A stretch of DNA of 64,000 bases from Eledone cirrhosa (GCA_964016885.1 OZ024741.1:291710001-291774000), one strand, 5' to 3'; counted from the first letter of the stretch, positions 13,200-27,411 are shown. Numbers and translations are program-made. The notes: generated from the letters alone by a model not told the origin.

Positions 13200-13663
13200 T
13201 ATATAATCAAGGTTTAGCAAATGGAGAAAAAGTTTTTAGATAAATTTCAAAAAGTTTACTGTACCTACTATATTTACCCTTACCGCGCGGTTTCAAGTCT
13301 CAAAATAAATGGATAATCCATGCGGAAATTCATTGAGAAGAAGATTTTCGTCAGAGGGTTCTTCTCACTCGGAGAATATAAAATTCCCGAGTTAAAATCA
13401 CGAACTGGCGTCATACAGAACTGTTCCCGGACGAGAGTGTATGATGAAGAAACAATCAAGAGTGTATGATGAAGAAACAATCAAGAATTTTATATTCTCC
13501 GAGTGAGAAGAACCCTCTGACGAAAATCTTCTTCTCAATGTATTTCCGCATGGATTATCCATTTATTTTGAGACTTGAAACCGCGCGGTAAGGGTAAATA
13601 TAGTAGGTACAGTAAACTTTTTGAAATTTATTTAAAAACTTTTTATCTATTTGCTAAACCTTG

Positions 13664-13670
<7 letters not shown>
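13200..13670. mobile_element. Non-coding fold-back element: two inverted HHR-bearing arms
   Basis: Arms ~13200-13386 and ~13485-13670 are near-perfect reverse complements. The spacer holds a 25-bp tandem duplication (13435-13484). Confidence 0.85.
13512..13595 (+). ncRNA. Type-I hammerhead ribozyme with extended stem II (mirror copy 13276-13359 on minus)
   Basis: accct-CTGACGA-[aa..TCTCAA..ATGGA tta TCCAT..TTGAGA..tt]-GAAA-CCGCGCGG-TA-agggt. Confidence 0.85.
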
Positions 13671-13708
<38 letters not shown>

Positions 13709-14595
13709 GTATATATATGTATGTATGTATATATATACATATATATATATATATACAGTATTTTCCGTTGTGTTGTAATATAAATATTACACACAGTAGA
13801 TTATCAGCTCACGTAGAGTTTGCTCGACGGTTCCAGTTGTAGTTCCAAAAGTAATCCGGAGAAAAATAGAAAGATTTGAATGGATACAGTTTAGTTGAAA
13901 GGAATTTATTGACACGTGTTTCTATAACAGTTACATAACCTAAAACAGCTGCTATCTACAAACTTTTAGTTATGCAGACATTCAATATTTCAATGTTATT
14001 ATTTACTGTCATTTCATCAGAATAATATTACTGAGGACCTATTTAGTTTTTATAGAGAATATTAGGAGGGAGGGGTGAAGTTGTTAGAAGAATAGTTGAA
14101 GGGGTGGTTTTTCGATAGCAGTGAGAATTCTTGGTGGCAGTGAGTAATTAGATTCCCATCTGTTGTTTTGACATTTTTTATAGAATATATTATTGGTTAT
14201 TTTTCTAAATCTATAGAAGGATTAGAGATAGTAAAGATATGCGTGGTTGGTTTTGTGTTTGCACTTACTTAACATTCAGACTTAAATTTTTCTTTCAAGT
14301 GTACGTATCCTTTCACCCACGCATTCACACACAAATATATTTGCACACCTCTACAAAATACATATACTCACAATTCACATATTCATACTTACATATATAT
14401 ACACATGCATACACATATATATACACACATGTATTCATGTACATACATACGCGCTCATGTGTATACATTTTCATACTCAACTTATCTTTATATACACACG
14501 TATAGACACACACATATATACATACTTACTCTAGTCCATGTGTACACACATACACATACATACACATCTATATACACATATATACATACATATAC

Positions 14596-14695
<100 letters not shown>

Positions 14696-14949
14696 ACACA
14701 CATATATACACATACATATACATATATATATAAGCACTTTAATACATGAATACACTTACATCTAACTATACACATCAAACATATATATATATTTACTTAT
14801 TTATATACATTTTCACATATATATACATACTTATGGACGTTTTTAGACACATTTATTATCGCATATTTGCACCTATTCTCATCAGCATATCTTTCCATTA
14901 TTAGTGTGGTAATTTAAGGTTATTAATATATGTTGAGAGGAGATTGTTT

Positions 14950-16097
14950 TTATATTTTTCTAGCTAGATTAATGTTTATATAGTTGGGGGATGTCCCTCT
15001 TTTATGTAATATACGGCTTGTAGTGGGAAAAAGGGTTTTAGTTCTGTGACGGCAGAATAATGTTCGTTCAATTCTGTTATTCAGCAGTTTCTTCTTGTGT
15101 GTGATTATGTAATAAATCTCAAGATTACACAATTTGCAGAAATTTTGGCTCCTGGAAAAGCTTTGGGTTTTAGCTAATTTCTCCCATTTTAGGGTAAACT
15201 TTTGATCGCTATCCCTGAGCGTCCAAGCTTTTTCTGCTAAAGTTGTTACATTTCTTTGGCTCTGGTGTTTTATTGAGTAAGAATGCCTATACAATCGAGA
15301 TTTAAACGATGTTGCCGTTGATCCCACGTAATACCACTCGTTGCCTCCGGATTTAATGGTACACTTATAAATAATATTTTTTTCCAGGCAGTTATTGCCG
15401 AGGGGGCAGTTGTCAGGATAGGTGCAGTTACAGTTGTGTACGTTGGGTTTTCTCTGGAGTAGTATTGCGGACGAACTTAGGTGTGGTTTATTTATGTTCT
15501 GTAGTGTATTGTCTACTGTTTTTTTTGTGTTCTTTGTACTTAAGTTCTTAGTGTTTTCGTTTAACCTTCTAGTATTGATCTTTTTTATGTGTTGTTCAAG
15601 GTTTAACACTGTAGAGTATGACAGTCTTATAGTGGTAGGGTTTAGGATTTTGTGGTATTTGTGTGATGTGGGAAAATGTCTTTTAATTATTTTAAAGAAG
15701 AGTACTGGTAAATTTGTACTAATGGAACTATTGTATTCGGGGTTATACCATAAGTACTCTTTGCATCGCTTTCTATTAGTTTTGTTTGTTGGTTTACTGG
15801 TGTGCATACTATGGTAGTAAGTGTGGTTTGGTGTTGTGTTATTATATCTACCTATGTGGGATTTATTTTGGGTGTTTTGATTGTTCCCATCTATGTACTC
15901 TATTTTGTTGAGGTAGCCTGCTTTACTAAGGGCGTTATCGTAGTACTCGGCGTGTTCCTTAAATACTTGTATGTTAGAAGATAGACCCGAGATTCTAAGG
16001 GAAATATTTTTAGGGATAGATTTAATTATAGAGATGGGGTGGTTAGACCCAACATTTACGTATTTGAGATTTTCATTCAATTTATGAAACGGATCCC
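14950..16097 (-). CDS. PLE 4 RT thumb + CNC..CPL..C linker + GIY-YIG (5'-truncated)
   Basis: PFHKLNENLKYVNVGSNHP...WYNPEY...CNCTYPDNCPLGNNCLEKNIIYKC...YYVGSTATSFKSRLYRH...CKLCNLE...CRH. Same architecture as PLE 2. Confidence 0.9.
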
Positions 16098-16102
16098 ATT
16101 AC

Positions 16103-16429
16103 GTGGGATCAACGGCAACATCGTTTAAATCTCGATTGTATAGGCATTCTTACTCAATAAGACACCAGAGCCAAAGAAATGTAACAACTTTAGCAGAAAA
16201 AGCTTGGACGCTCAGGGATAGCGATCAAAAGTTTACCCTAAAATGGGAGAAATTAGCTAAAACCCAAAGCTTTTCCAGGAGCCAAAATTTCTGCAAATTG
16301 TGTAATCTTGAGATTTATTACATAATCACACACAAGAAGAAACTGATGAATAACAGAATTGAACGAACATTATTCTGCCGTCACAGAACTAAAACCCCTT
16401 TTTCCCACTACAAGCCGAATATTACATAA
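16103..16429 (+). pseudogene. Inverted partial copy of the PLE 4 GIY-YIG C-terminus
   Basis: Nearly identical peptide to the end of 14950..16080, with a 1-nt frameshift near the end. Confidence 0.9.
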
Positions 16430-16735
16430 AAGAGGGACATCCCCCAACTATATAAACATTAATCTAGCTAGAAAAATATAAAAACAATCTCCTCTCAACA
16501 TATATTAATAACCTTAAATTACCACACTAATAATGGAAAGATATGCTGATGAGAATAGGTGCAAATATGCGATAATAAATGTGTCTAAAAACGTCCATAA
16601 GTATGTATATATATGTGAAAATGTATATAAATAAGTAAATATATATATATGTTTGATGTGTATAGTTAGATGTAAGTGTATTCATGTATTAAAGTGCTAA
16701 TATATATATGTATATGTATGTGTATATATGTGTGT

Positions 16736-16805
<70 letters not shown>

Positions 16806-17377
16806 GTATATGTATGTATATATGTGTATATAGATGTGTATGTATGTGTATGTGTGTACACATGGACTAGAGTAAGTATGTATATATGTGTGTGTCTATA
16901 CGTGTGTATATAAAGATAAGTTGAGTATGAAAATGTATACACATGAGCGCGTATGTATGTACATGAATACATGTGTGTATATATATGTGTATGCATGTGT
17001 ATATATATGTAAGTATGAATATGTGAATTGTGAGTATATGTATTTTGTAGAGGTGTGCAAATATATTTGTGTGTGAATGCGTGGGTGAAAGGATACGTAC
17101 ACTTGAAAGAAAAATTTAAGTCTGAATGTTAATTAAGTGCAAACACAAAACCAACCACGCATATCTTTACTATCTCTAATCCTTCTATAGATTTAGAAAA
17201 ATAACCAATAATATATTCTATAAAAAATGTCAAAACAACAGATGGGAATCTAATTACTCACTGCCACCAAGAATTCTCACTGCTATCGAAAAACCACTCC
17301 TTCAACTATTCTTCTAACAACTTCACCCCTCCCTCCTAATATTCTCTATAAAAACTAAATAGGTCCTCAGTAATATT

Positions 17378-17421
17378 ATTCTGATGAAATGACAGTAAAT
17401 AATAACATTGAAATATTGAAT
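17378..17421 (+). ncRNA. Hammerhead-like motif in PLE 4 pLTR (mirror ~13980-14023 on minus)
   Basis: att-CTGATGA-AATG..CATT-GAAA-TAT-TG-aat. The core is intact but the cleavage triplet is non-canonical or ambiguous. Confidence 0.6.
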
Positions 17422-17529
17422 GTCTGCATAACTAAAAGTTTGTAGATAGCAGCTGTTTTAGGTTATGTAACTGTTATAGAAACACGTGTCAATAAATTCC
17501 TTTCAACTAAACTGTATCCATTCAAATCT

Positions 17530-17608
<79 letters not shown>

Positions 17609-17904
17609 CATTTAAAAGATACATATAAACTCCTGTGTGTGTCTTTTGCACATATAAGCTCGCATATGTGATGGGATGGCGAAAAAGAGTCGGACTTGGT
17701 CATCTAAATTGTACCCTGAACTGATCAATATCGAAACAATTGAAATATACAAAAAAAATTAGTACATATGCTGCAAAACTGACTTCTACTCTTTTCAATC
17801 TATTTACACTCTTTACACTACAGATCACAACCCAGAGGAAACGGAACTCGTGAGAGCATCGTGCTCTTGGAATCGCGCGCTCCCTGTAACTGATGTTACA
17901 TACC

Positions 17905-18004
<100 letters not shown>

Positions 18005-18296
18005 TCATATCGTGAAAAAAATATGGACTTATGAAAACGTTTTGTACAGATCACGTTATATAAGGACAATTATAATAAAATGGGTTTGTAAAGACACCTG
18101 GTAATGTAAAAGTTATTTATAACATGTACCAACATTGATGTTGTTTAACAGAGCTCGTTTTTTCCGTGTTGGATTATCAAACATCAAATTTGTTATTAGG
18201 TTAAATTGTTTTTTTTTTTTTTTTCACTTTTAAAACTCCTTTAACAAGTGCAGAAGTGACCTAAACCAATATGGTCGAGAATCAGCATGCAAGAAT

Positions 18297-18625
18297 TATT
18301 ACGAATCATTGTGACATATGTAATTAATGAGTAGTAGGTTTCAAAAGGCCGGTACAATGTGGTAGAAACATATAAAGGTCAACAATATATGATTGATGTA
18401 GTCTTCACATCGATCGTTTGTTTTGTTTTGAACCGTTTCCGCTTCACATTTGAAAAGAGAATTATAGTCCTGAAATACTACGCTGAAATATATTGGGTAA
18501 AACATTACTTTTTTATTTGTTGTTTTCATTTGTCATCATTGCCATTTATATATTTCTAACACGCTGTATCGGCTTTTTGAAACTTATCAGTCACTTATTA
18601 CATATCTCACAATGCTTGTATTAAC
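18297..18625. repeat. Diverged inverted repeat (~80-bp arms, ~160-bp spacer)
   Basis: 18300-18378 versus the reverse complement of 18542-18620 (CATTGTGA.ATATGTAAT...GTTTCAAAA.GCCG.TACA). Confidence 0.7.
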
Positions 18626-19569
18626 TATATATATACATATATTTTTCACTTTATTTTTCTTACTTTTCTCTCTCTTTTTCCCCTCTCACTCTCACTTTGT
18701 TTCTCACCTTCACCCAAGAATACATTGAAAGCTCCAAACCATCTCGCGGGGTTCATTCGTAATTGTTTCTCAATCCTTTCATATCTCTCTCTTTATTTTA
18801 CATTTGTTGTATATGTTAATTATTAAAAAATATTTGGGCACAATTAGTTATAATTAGTATCTAAACTTTATAAAACATAAGAAATAATATTCAATCATCA
18901 TTACCGCAACGAAACGGGGTGGGATATTGTGGGAGAATATTCTCTGGTTTGCAGAACTCGAGGTGCAAACCACCTTGAGGTCCCAATAGACAGATTGGAG
19001 AAATAATTACCCCAGAAAATAGCGAAAAAGATGCTCTGAAATAACCATTTTACTTCACGGGGCTCGCTTGTGTGTGTGGCCATTTCTGTCTTGATAGAAG
19101 TGTGTAGGGAGGTGGTTTAGATTCATGTACGCCAGAAGTCTCCACTACTACAAGTTTAACGAAAAACCAATACTTCAACAACTTGTAATCTTCTTGTTTC
19201 TATCGCCGTCTTTTATATTCATTTGTTCCAAGACAGGAATCAATGTTTGTTTTGTTGATAGTTTGTTGTTCTTTACATAATTTTCCTCATTTTATTCCTT
19301 GCCTTCAAGATTCTTTTTACTTTTTACTTTTTAATTTTTACGGATTTCAGACAATTGTCTATGGCCATGCTGGAGCACTGCCTTAAAATGATTGTAGTTG
19401 AAAATATTGATTCCACTACTTATTTTTCAAGCTTGCTACTTATTTTATCGATATTCTTTAGTCGAGCCACTACGGGACATAAACACAGACGCAGAACTAA
19501 TGATCCACATGTACACACACACACACACTTATCTATATATAAGAGGGGGTTCTACAGTTCCCGTCTAAT

Positions 19570-20118
19570 TTTCTAGGTGCAGAAGACGCCTATTTCCTTG
19601 TATTCGTGGTAAATATAATATTTCTAAGGCGGCATAATGAAATAATGCATTTCTAAATACAGTCATCATTCTTTCTTTTTTTTGCCTTTTATCTAGTCTG
19701 GTTAATTCACTTAATCAGATAAGAATATTATTGGAGTGCTTGGCATTATGTCTAGCTCATTAGTTTCTAAGAATATGTAATTCTGTGTTTGCCCTAATTC
19801 TCTTATCTGCGTTTCTTTAGTTAACTAGGTATTATTAGTCGTCTTGTTCTCACTCTCTTCTTCTATGTTACTTTGGCACATTTTTCTAAAACGAATTTCA
19901 TGCCAATTTCCCTCATTGAATAATCTGTGTACCGTTTGTAAAAGCATTTCCGATCGTCTGTTATTTGCGGCGATACAAAATTGAAGTCATCCACATATGC
20001 AAATATACAAACAATCGTTGATTGTCATCTCAGAGCACTTACATCGGGTCATCGATTTTAAAGTATACATTAACGTATGGGTTAAAGGTGTTAAGTACCA
20101 GGCACAAAAAGAGTGTAC
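19570..20118 (-). pseudogene. Old R4/Dong-type RT fragment (downstream part)
   Basis: Frameshifted translation shows LFLCLVL, YVDD, LLQTVHR, IGMKFVLEKCAKVT and LYLPRIQG. Confidence 0.65.
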
Positions 20119-20140
20119 ACACACACAAATAAATAAATGA

Positions 20141-20172
<32 letters not shown>

Positions 20173-20201
20173 CTATATATATATATATATTAATGTCATT
20201 G

Positions 20202-20260
<59 letters not shown>

Positions 20261-20289
20261 CAGGTACACATACATATATGTACGTATCA

Positions 20290-20423
20290 GTTGAACAAAA
20301 AGGTGACGTGGTTGCCTTAACACCGTACGGCATAAATTCAGGCAGTCAGTTTGTTTACAAACGGACAAAGCGGGCGTTATAAAAAGCGTCCGCTAAACTG
20401 ATACGTACATATATGTATGTGTA

Positions 20424-20479
<56 letters not shown>

Positions 20480-20908
20480 TGCTACTGTACGTCTGTATAC
20501 ATATATGTATGTACGTATACATACATATTTACATTTAAGTAAGTGCCGTACTAAGAGTGAGAAATGAAATTTCGTTTTCATTTTATTACAACTTATCGTT
20601 TTCGGTGCGCCTGGCCGACTGAACTCACTCGATATGCAAATTAGGCTGCTCAGCCGTTAATTTTCATAAGGAAAGTATATACTTTCGAACGTTCAACCAT
20701 CTGGCAGCAGGATATACGGTGCTGATGATAGCTAACAAGCTTGAAACTAGTACATCGTTCCTGTGTCAGTGTTGAACAAAAAGGTGACGTGGTTGCCTTA
20801 ACACCGTACGGCATAAATTCAGGCTGTCAGTTTGTTTACAAACGGACAAAGCGGGCGTTATAATAAGCGTCCGCTAAACTGATACGTACATATATGTATG
20901 TGTACCTG

Positions 20909-20950
<42 letters not shown>

Positions 20951-21063
20951 TGCTGCTGTACGTCTGTATACATATATGTATGTACGTATACATACATACT
21001 TACATTTAAGTAAGTGCCGTACTAAGAGTGAGAAATGAAATTTCGTTTTCATTTTATTACAAC
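20290..21063 (+). mobile_element. Retrozyme-like ~480-bp tandem repeat (1.6 units) with HHR
   Basis: GTTGAACAAAAAGG at 20290 and 20771 (period 481). Non-coding, carries an HHR at 20717-20757, and has (TA)n flanks. Confidence 0.75.
20717..20757 (+). ncRNA. Minimal type-I hammerhead ribozyme
   Basis: cggtg-CTGATGA-tAGC taacaa GCTt-GAAA-CTAG-TA-catcg. Confidence 0.85.
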
Positions 21064-21075
21064 CTATATATATCT

Positions 21076-21135
<60 letters not shown>

Positions 21136-21180
21136 ATGACATTAATAAATGGAAACTATATTTATAAAACCATATTTATT

Positions 21181-21233
21181 CTATTATATATATTTCGAGG
21201 GTACCAAAAGTTTGGTACGCTCTCATCAGATAA
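21181..21233 (-). ncRNA. Minimal type-I hammerhead in a solo pLTR-like fragment (~21133-21300)
   Basis: ttat-CTGATGA-GAGcGTACCAAA c TTTTGGTACcCTC-GAAA-TATATA-TA-atag. Confidence 0.85.
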
Positions 21234-21296
21234 ATACAAAGTTTGTTTTATAAATATTAACATATCCAGGAAGGAGATCTTAACGGTTCAAGTTTT

Positions 21297-21365
<69 letters not shown>

Positions 21366-21394
21366 TGTAGATATATATATATATATATAGATAT

Positions 21395-21695
21395 AAATAA
21401 ATATACACGGGTGTGTATGATTGTGTATAGAAGATTATAATAATAAAGGAATTCCAACTTTGTCTGATTTACTCGTTTTATTTACAATCCTTTAAAATTA
21501 TAATTATTTCTACTTTTGGCACAAGGCCAGCAATTACGTAGTGCATTACTGGTACTTTATTTTATCCTTTAAAATTATAATGATATTATAATGAAATAGT
21601 ATGGTAGAATATTAAATGTTAAGTGTTAATTGAACAAGTATTTTCATGCTTTCGCAATCTTCAGGTTCATATTCAGTGGTGACAGTCAAGTTTTC

Positions 21696-21698
<3 letters not shown>
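21395..21698 (-). mobile_element. HHR-bearing pLTR-like element (same family as 45948 and 52003), interrupted by a SINE tail
   Basis: Shares GGAATTCCAACTTTGTCTGATTTACTCG. HHR at 21631-21669 on the minus strand. SINE-A tail 21505-21563 lies between 18-bp direct repeats ATCCTTTAAAATTATAAT (21487-21504, 21564-21581). Confidence 0.8.
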
Positions 21699-21730
<32 letters not shown>

Positions 21731-21732
<2 letters not shown>

Positions 21733-21965
21733 GTCCTTTCGAAATATTCCTCCTAATATAACATGGATCGGTTTCGTTTTTACTTACAATTCCTGTTTCG
21801 TTTGAATAGGACGAATTTTTTTCCCATTTACTCCTGAATCGTTTGATGTCCCTGATGGTTATTGGTGGCAGCTTATAGATGGCTAATTTTTCCAGAAATC
21901 CATCGACGGATGATATGAAACATCTTCTTATGATCAACACATTGCATGTTTAATCCCATCTTTCA
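21731..21965 (-). pseudogene. Old R4/Dong-type RT fragment (upstream part)
   Basis: VDHKKMFH / FLEKLAIYKLPP...SKW...IRRNISKG aligns by eye with DYKKAFD...RRGIFQGD of this clade. Confidence 0.6.
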
Positions 21966-23412
21966 ATTCATAATATTTTCAAATATCTGTTTGTTAATCA
22001 AATGCTGATCTTTACATCCACAAGAGACTTGGGAGCATCCATTTTGTTCCTTTGAAACAAAAAATATGTTTGTGCGCGCCTGTGTGTGTGTGTGCATGTG
22101 TGAGTGTATGTGTATGTCTCACTGTGTGTATGTGTGTGCATGTGTCTGTGTGAGTATGTGTGTGTGTGTGGGGGTATGTGTCTGTGTGTCAGTGTATGTG
22201 TGTGCATGTGCGTGTGTTTGAGTATGTGTGTTTGTGTGTGTATATGTGTATATATATATGTGTGTGTGTGTGTTGTATGTGTCTGTATGTGTATGTATGT
22301 GCGTGCGTTTTGTGCGTGTGCGCGTGTGTGTATGTGCGTGTATGTATGTGCTTATTGGTCAGTGTGTGAGTGTAAGTGTGTGTTTGTTTCGCTTGAGAAT
22401 TTATAGAAGTAATATGGCTGAAAGTTGCAGATGTTTTCATCGCAATCACCAGGTCTCAAGATCAATCATGACATTGTGTGCAAGTGTCACCATAACTTCG
22501 AGACAATTGTTATTTTCTATCCTGATATTATACATGTATGTTGTTGTTTTGTTAATCTCAGACATGGCAACCTCTAAAATCCCAAAGGTGGAGTACCATG
22601 AAAAAAGAGAAATGGGGTGAAATGGGAAGATTTTACATAATGAAAGCTATACCCACTTTCACAAGAGAAGACATCTCTCACCCACCTGAAAGTGGGTGGG
22701 AGATCTCCCCGTCGGACGGAAAGAGTTGACAGTTCTGATTACTTGTGTCTTTTCGTGGGGGTTGGGGGATATTGGGCAGTATGTTGCTGTAAAATATACA
22801 TATATGGAAACGTATTCTTTCCGTATCCCTTTATATATTTTGTGTATTACTTACTAGACTAGAGAAATAAAATCTACTTCAATGTTTAGACTAATCATAA
22901 TTGTTTTATAGGTCAACGCTTTGTTTGTTTCTGGCGATGTAAGCTTTTTTGCCGAATAAAACATCATTCATATATATTGTTTGCCCTTCTTTGGTTTTGG
23001 CTGCATTTTGTCTAGTTTTCTTCTGACTTGTATTGTTGGTGTATTTACACACGATAAGTAGGTAGCCAGTACCCAGTCGGTGGTAAGTGCAAACGTTAGC
23101 AATGCATAACTTCTAAAAGAAAAATTAGATAAAACAGTAATACAATTTAAGATAAAAAGTTGATTCATTACTCACATAGATATATTGCTTATATATATAT
23201 ATATATACATACTTCAATATATAGGTATACGTCAATACACATCGATGCACTTTAATATATAGATACACTTCAATTACTTTGGATTCTCTTTGATGTTACT
23301 TCATCGATGCTAATGTAATTTTTTCAGAACCACACACCAAAGTACCGATATCTCTTATTAATCAGAATGGTAGTAGTGGTGGAGGTGGTGGTGCTTTTTA
23401 TGGTGATCACAT

Positions 23413-23452
<40 letters not shown>

Positions 23453-23489
23453 GCCACCACCACCACCACCACCACCACCACCACCACCA

Positions 23490-24285
23490 TATCCTTTTGT
23501 TCTTCTTTAGAAGTTTCGCTTGGAAAGGAAGGTGAAGATTGAGGGGAAAGTACTTTTACCTCGAGTAAATTTGTTGAAAGGTGGGTGAAAGTTCCGTATG
23601 AATGGGCCTACTGTGAACCCTTAACTTTAGTGGTGGTGGGAGGGTGTCAGGTTTCTAAGGCCTCCCTTCATTGGCCCTAGATAGCTGTCCATATTATTGG
23701 GAACATGCTTTGTTGTATTTTCGGTTTTTCATTACTTTCGTTATTTCCTTTTTACACGAGCATATTTAACCCCCACTCCTTCTACTATGTCTTTGTATCC
23801 TGTCCTTGTACAGTCCAGATCGCATCTGTCCTCTTTTAGTAAGTAAAGATATTATTTATAATAAATAATTTCTTTATTATTATTTCAACCTTTTCAAATT
23901 TCACTACGAAATGTAGGTGAAGGTGGGGAGAGAAGTGCCCCCCCCCCCACACACACACGTACATTTGCTAAAGGGTGGAAGAATATGGCGAGAATGGCTC
24001 GTGTGAATGGGCCCCTTCTGAGCATGCACCTGTAGGCTGGTTGATTTGAGGAGGAGAGGAGTACCCTTCCCGGGTGCCCTCGAAATGTTGGCTGGTTCAG
24101 GATTAGTGAGGTATCTGAGACGATCCAAGGTGGTTTTCTCCTCTATTGGGGAACTCTGTTGTTTGTATGTTTCTTGTTTATTGTTATTGTTTTCCTATTT
24201 TTACACTATTTTTGTGTAAAGCCAAGTTCCCCTCTATTGTGTTGTCCCTTATATATCGGTCCTTGTAAAGAATAAATGAAACAAT
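23490..24285 (+). mobile_element. Two tandem 3' ends of a LINE (probably Tx1/L1-like)
   Basis: Similar C-terminal peptides KFVERWVKV..MNGP (~23570) and FAKGWKNMARMARVNGPLLSMHL* (~23960). Each is followed by a T-rich UTR ending in an A(A/G)TAAA signal. Confidence 0.5.
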
Positions 24286-24290
24286 TATCC

Positions 24291-24478
24291 TGGATTGGCA
24301 GTATTGGTAGAGGGTCGGACGCCATGCTTTGACGCATTAAGTTACGGCCCTTGCCATTCTGAGTTCAAATCCCGCCGAGGTTAACTTTGCCTTTCATCCT
24401 GACGGGGTCGATAAAATAAAGTACCAGTAATACACTGGGATAATTGTTGGCCAAAAGTAGAAACAATTATTATTATTA
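24291..24478 (+). mobile_element. SINE family A
   Basis: TGGCAGTATTGG (box A-like), GAGTTCAAATCC (box B), conserved body and (TTA)n tail. Confidence 0.85.
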
Positions 24479-25237
24479 TATGAAACTTCCTTTGAATTAT
24501 TTCCCAAATCATGCCGAGTGTTAACCTGATACCTGATATCTAATAGTACACACATTTTACAATCAACTGTCATACAAACTTTCACATTTTAACCAACTTA
24601 TTTCTGGTAATGTTTTTGTCAGAAGATCCTGTCAGCGATTCCTTTATTTATGTCGCTGCCAGTACTGGACTACTACTTTATCTTAGCAACCCTGGAAGTT
24701 GAAAGGAAAAGTTGACATTGGCAGAAATTGAACTCAGGACAAAAAGAGCCAAAACTAATACTGTAAAATAGCCTGCACGACACTATAGCAATCCATCATT
24801 CTAATATTATTGCAAATGTTGGTACTGTACAATTTGTTATTCATATTCATAAATTTCATTCATATCATTGCTTACTGTCATAAAGAAAGAAGAATACATT
24901 TGATAGGTATACATTTCTAGATATGCGCATTATCATCATCAGAATTGCGACCAGAGTCGAACATTCCTGACAAATCTCTCCACATTCACAACTTTCCGTT
25001 TCTCCTGTCAAATGCTCTCTACTGAGGTTTGTATAGTCTGATAGTTGATCGAGGAAGGTTCGAGGTCCAAACAAAATCAGACAACACTTTTCCCCAGACA
25101 ATGTTAATTCAACAAAGAAATGTATGCTTGAATCCTTAAAATTACGCCCCATTTACTTTCAGAGATGCTAGCATATGCCGCTAGTTTTTGGTTATCTTCT
25201 CTGACACTGAAGTCGAGTCAACTAAATAAAAATATTT

Positions 25238-25276
<39 letters not shown>

Positions 25277-25328
25277 AATACATGAGAAACACTAACTATT
25301 GTCTCCTACGAATTCACCTTTGAATAAA

Positions 25329-25511
25329 TAATTGTTTCTACTTTAGGCACAAGGCCACCAATTACCCAGTGCATTACTGGTACTTTATTTTATCGACCCC
25401 GTAAGGATGAAAGGCAAAGTCAACCTCGGCGGGATTTGAACTCAGATCGTAAAGGGACGTAACTATGCTGGAAAGCATGGTGTCTGACTCTCTACCAATA
25501 CTGCCAATCCA
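25329..25511 (-). mobile_element. SINE family A
   Basis: Nearly identical to 1031-1200. Confidence 0.85.
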
Positions 25512-25788
25512 CTTCCCTTTGAATAAATAATGATTTGCATATATATTTTTTGCATATATATTTTTTTGCATATATATGTACTATACAAATAGATATAAGA
25601 ACATAAATATATATGTAGTTATATGAATGATTATACACAAATATATTAACCTATAAACGTATGCATGTACACAGACACAAACACACACACACACACACAC
25701 ATATATTTATAAATATATATATACGCACTCGCTTAAACACGCAAACACATATATGTATATCTATCTATCTATATATATGCATACATAA

Positions 25789-25821
<33 letters not shown>

Positions 25822-25839
25822 TATGTATACATTTATATC

Positions 25840-25898
<59 letters not shown>

Positions 25899-26167
25899 CC
25901 TACATCTTTATATGTAAAACTATACATATATACATGTGTATGATGCATTTATCAATTATTGATTAAGCTAGAAAAGATCAAAGAGTACAGTTATAAATTA
26001 AATTTTTTGAGCACAATAAGATAAACATAAGAGATAGGGGGAGGAGGATTACACATTACTGTTTTTGCATGACAATAGATGTACATAAACATATATATAT
26101 TCATTCACATGCATATACATATCTATACACCCCATCATATATATATACATTATATATATAAAAAAAA

Positions 26168-26223
<56 letters not shown>

Positions 26224-26228
26224 TAAAA

Positions 26229-26295
<67 letters not shown>

Positions 26296-26302
<7 letters not shown>

Positions 26303-26655
26303 AAAAAAAGATGAAATCGAAAATGCAACTGGAGTCTTATTTTTTTAAAAAAATATATGTATTTATTTGGTTCCTTTACCGGTTTCGCAGTTCTTCTGCT
26401 TTTCAAAAGTACAGCTGAGATGGAGGGTCTGTGGTTTTTCTCACATCAGATGTGAGAAAAACCATGGACCCTCCATCTCAACTCTACTTTTGAAAAGCAG
26501 GAGAACTGCTAAACCGGTAAAGGAACCAAATAAATACATATATTTAAAAAAAAAAAAAGACTCCAGTTGCATTTTCGATTTCATCTTTTTTTCTTTATAC
26601 TTTCACTCGTGTCGGACACCTCGGTTATTTTTCATTTTGTAAAAAAAACCTCACA

Positions 26656-26660
<5 letters not shown>
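26296..26660. mobile_element. Fold-back element (~150-bp arms, 1-nt spacer at 26448) with U3-A8 hammerhead variants
   Basis: Arms 26296-26447 and 26449-26599. Minus HHR 26374-26409 ctt-TTGAAAA-GCAG aagaa CTGC-GAAA-CCGG-TA-aag. The plus copy 26487-26522 has G12->T. Right-arm tail to ~26660. Confidence 0.85.
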
Positions 26661-26702
<42 letters not shown>

Positions 26703-26728
26703 TTATATATATATATATATATATATAC

Positions 26729-26762
<34 letters not shown>

Positions 26763-26874
26763 TTATATATATATATATATATATATACATTTATATATAT
26801 ATATATATATATATACATTTATATATATATATATATATATATACATTTATATATATATATATATATATATATAC

Positions 26875-26917
<43 letters not shown>

Positions 26918-26922
<5 letters not shown>

Positions 26923-27350
26923 CAAAATATTAACAAATGAAAAATATTCTTATAATCAAAATATATACTTTATTATATATATTTCAAAGGTACTGTGTTC
27001 TTTTTTCAGTACGTCCTCATCAGACAAATATATGATTTGATATATGACATACCGCTACGGTCTTGATTATACAATTCCAGTATTGGCAGTATTGGAATCG
27101 AATAATCCAGACCGTTGTGGTATGTCATATATCAAATCATATATTTTGTCTGATGAGAACGTATTGAAAAAAACAACACAGTACCTTTGAAATATATATA
27201 ATAAAGTATATATTTTGATTATGAGAATATTTGTCATTTGTTAATATTTTAAATAATATCAAAAATATCCAGGAACACTCTTGTTGAGTGCTTCTAATCT
27301 ATTGTAAAATTGTATTCATTGAGTAATCAACGAACCATACTAATCTTTGG

Positions 27351-27352
<2 letters not shown>
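26918..27352. mobile_element. Fold-back element with two HHRs
   Basis: Arms ~26918-27080 and ~27090-27257. HHRs at 26969-27028 (-) and 27144-27206 (+): ttttgt-CTGATGA-..GTAYTG..CAGTAC..-GAAA-TATATA-TA-ataaag. Right-arm tail to 27352. Confidence 0.85.

Positions 27353-27411
<59 letters not shown>

Noticed and set aside
24291-24380. tRNA gene suggested by box A/B motifs (also 30304, 41190)
   Set aside because: No cloverleaf. These are heads of multi-copy SINEs.
24865-25200. Possible host exon (95-aa ORF, AG/GT candidates near 24920-25025)
   Set aside because: No recognisable protein motif in any frame, so it cannot be supported without a search.
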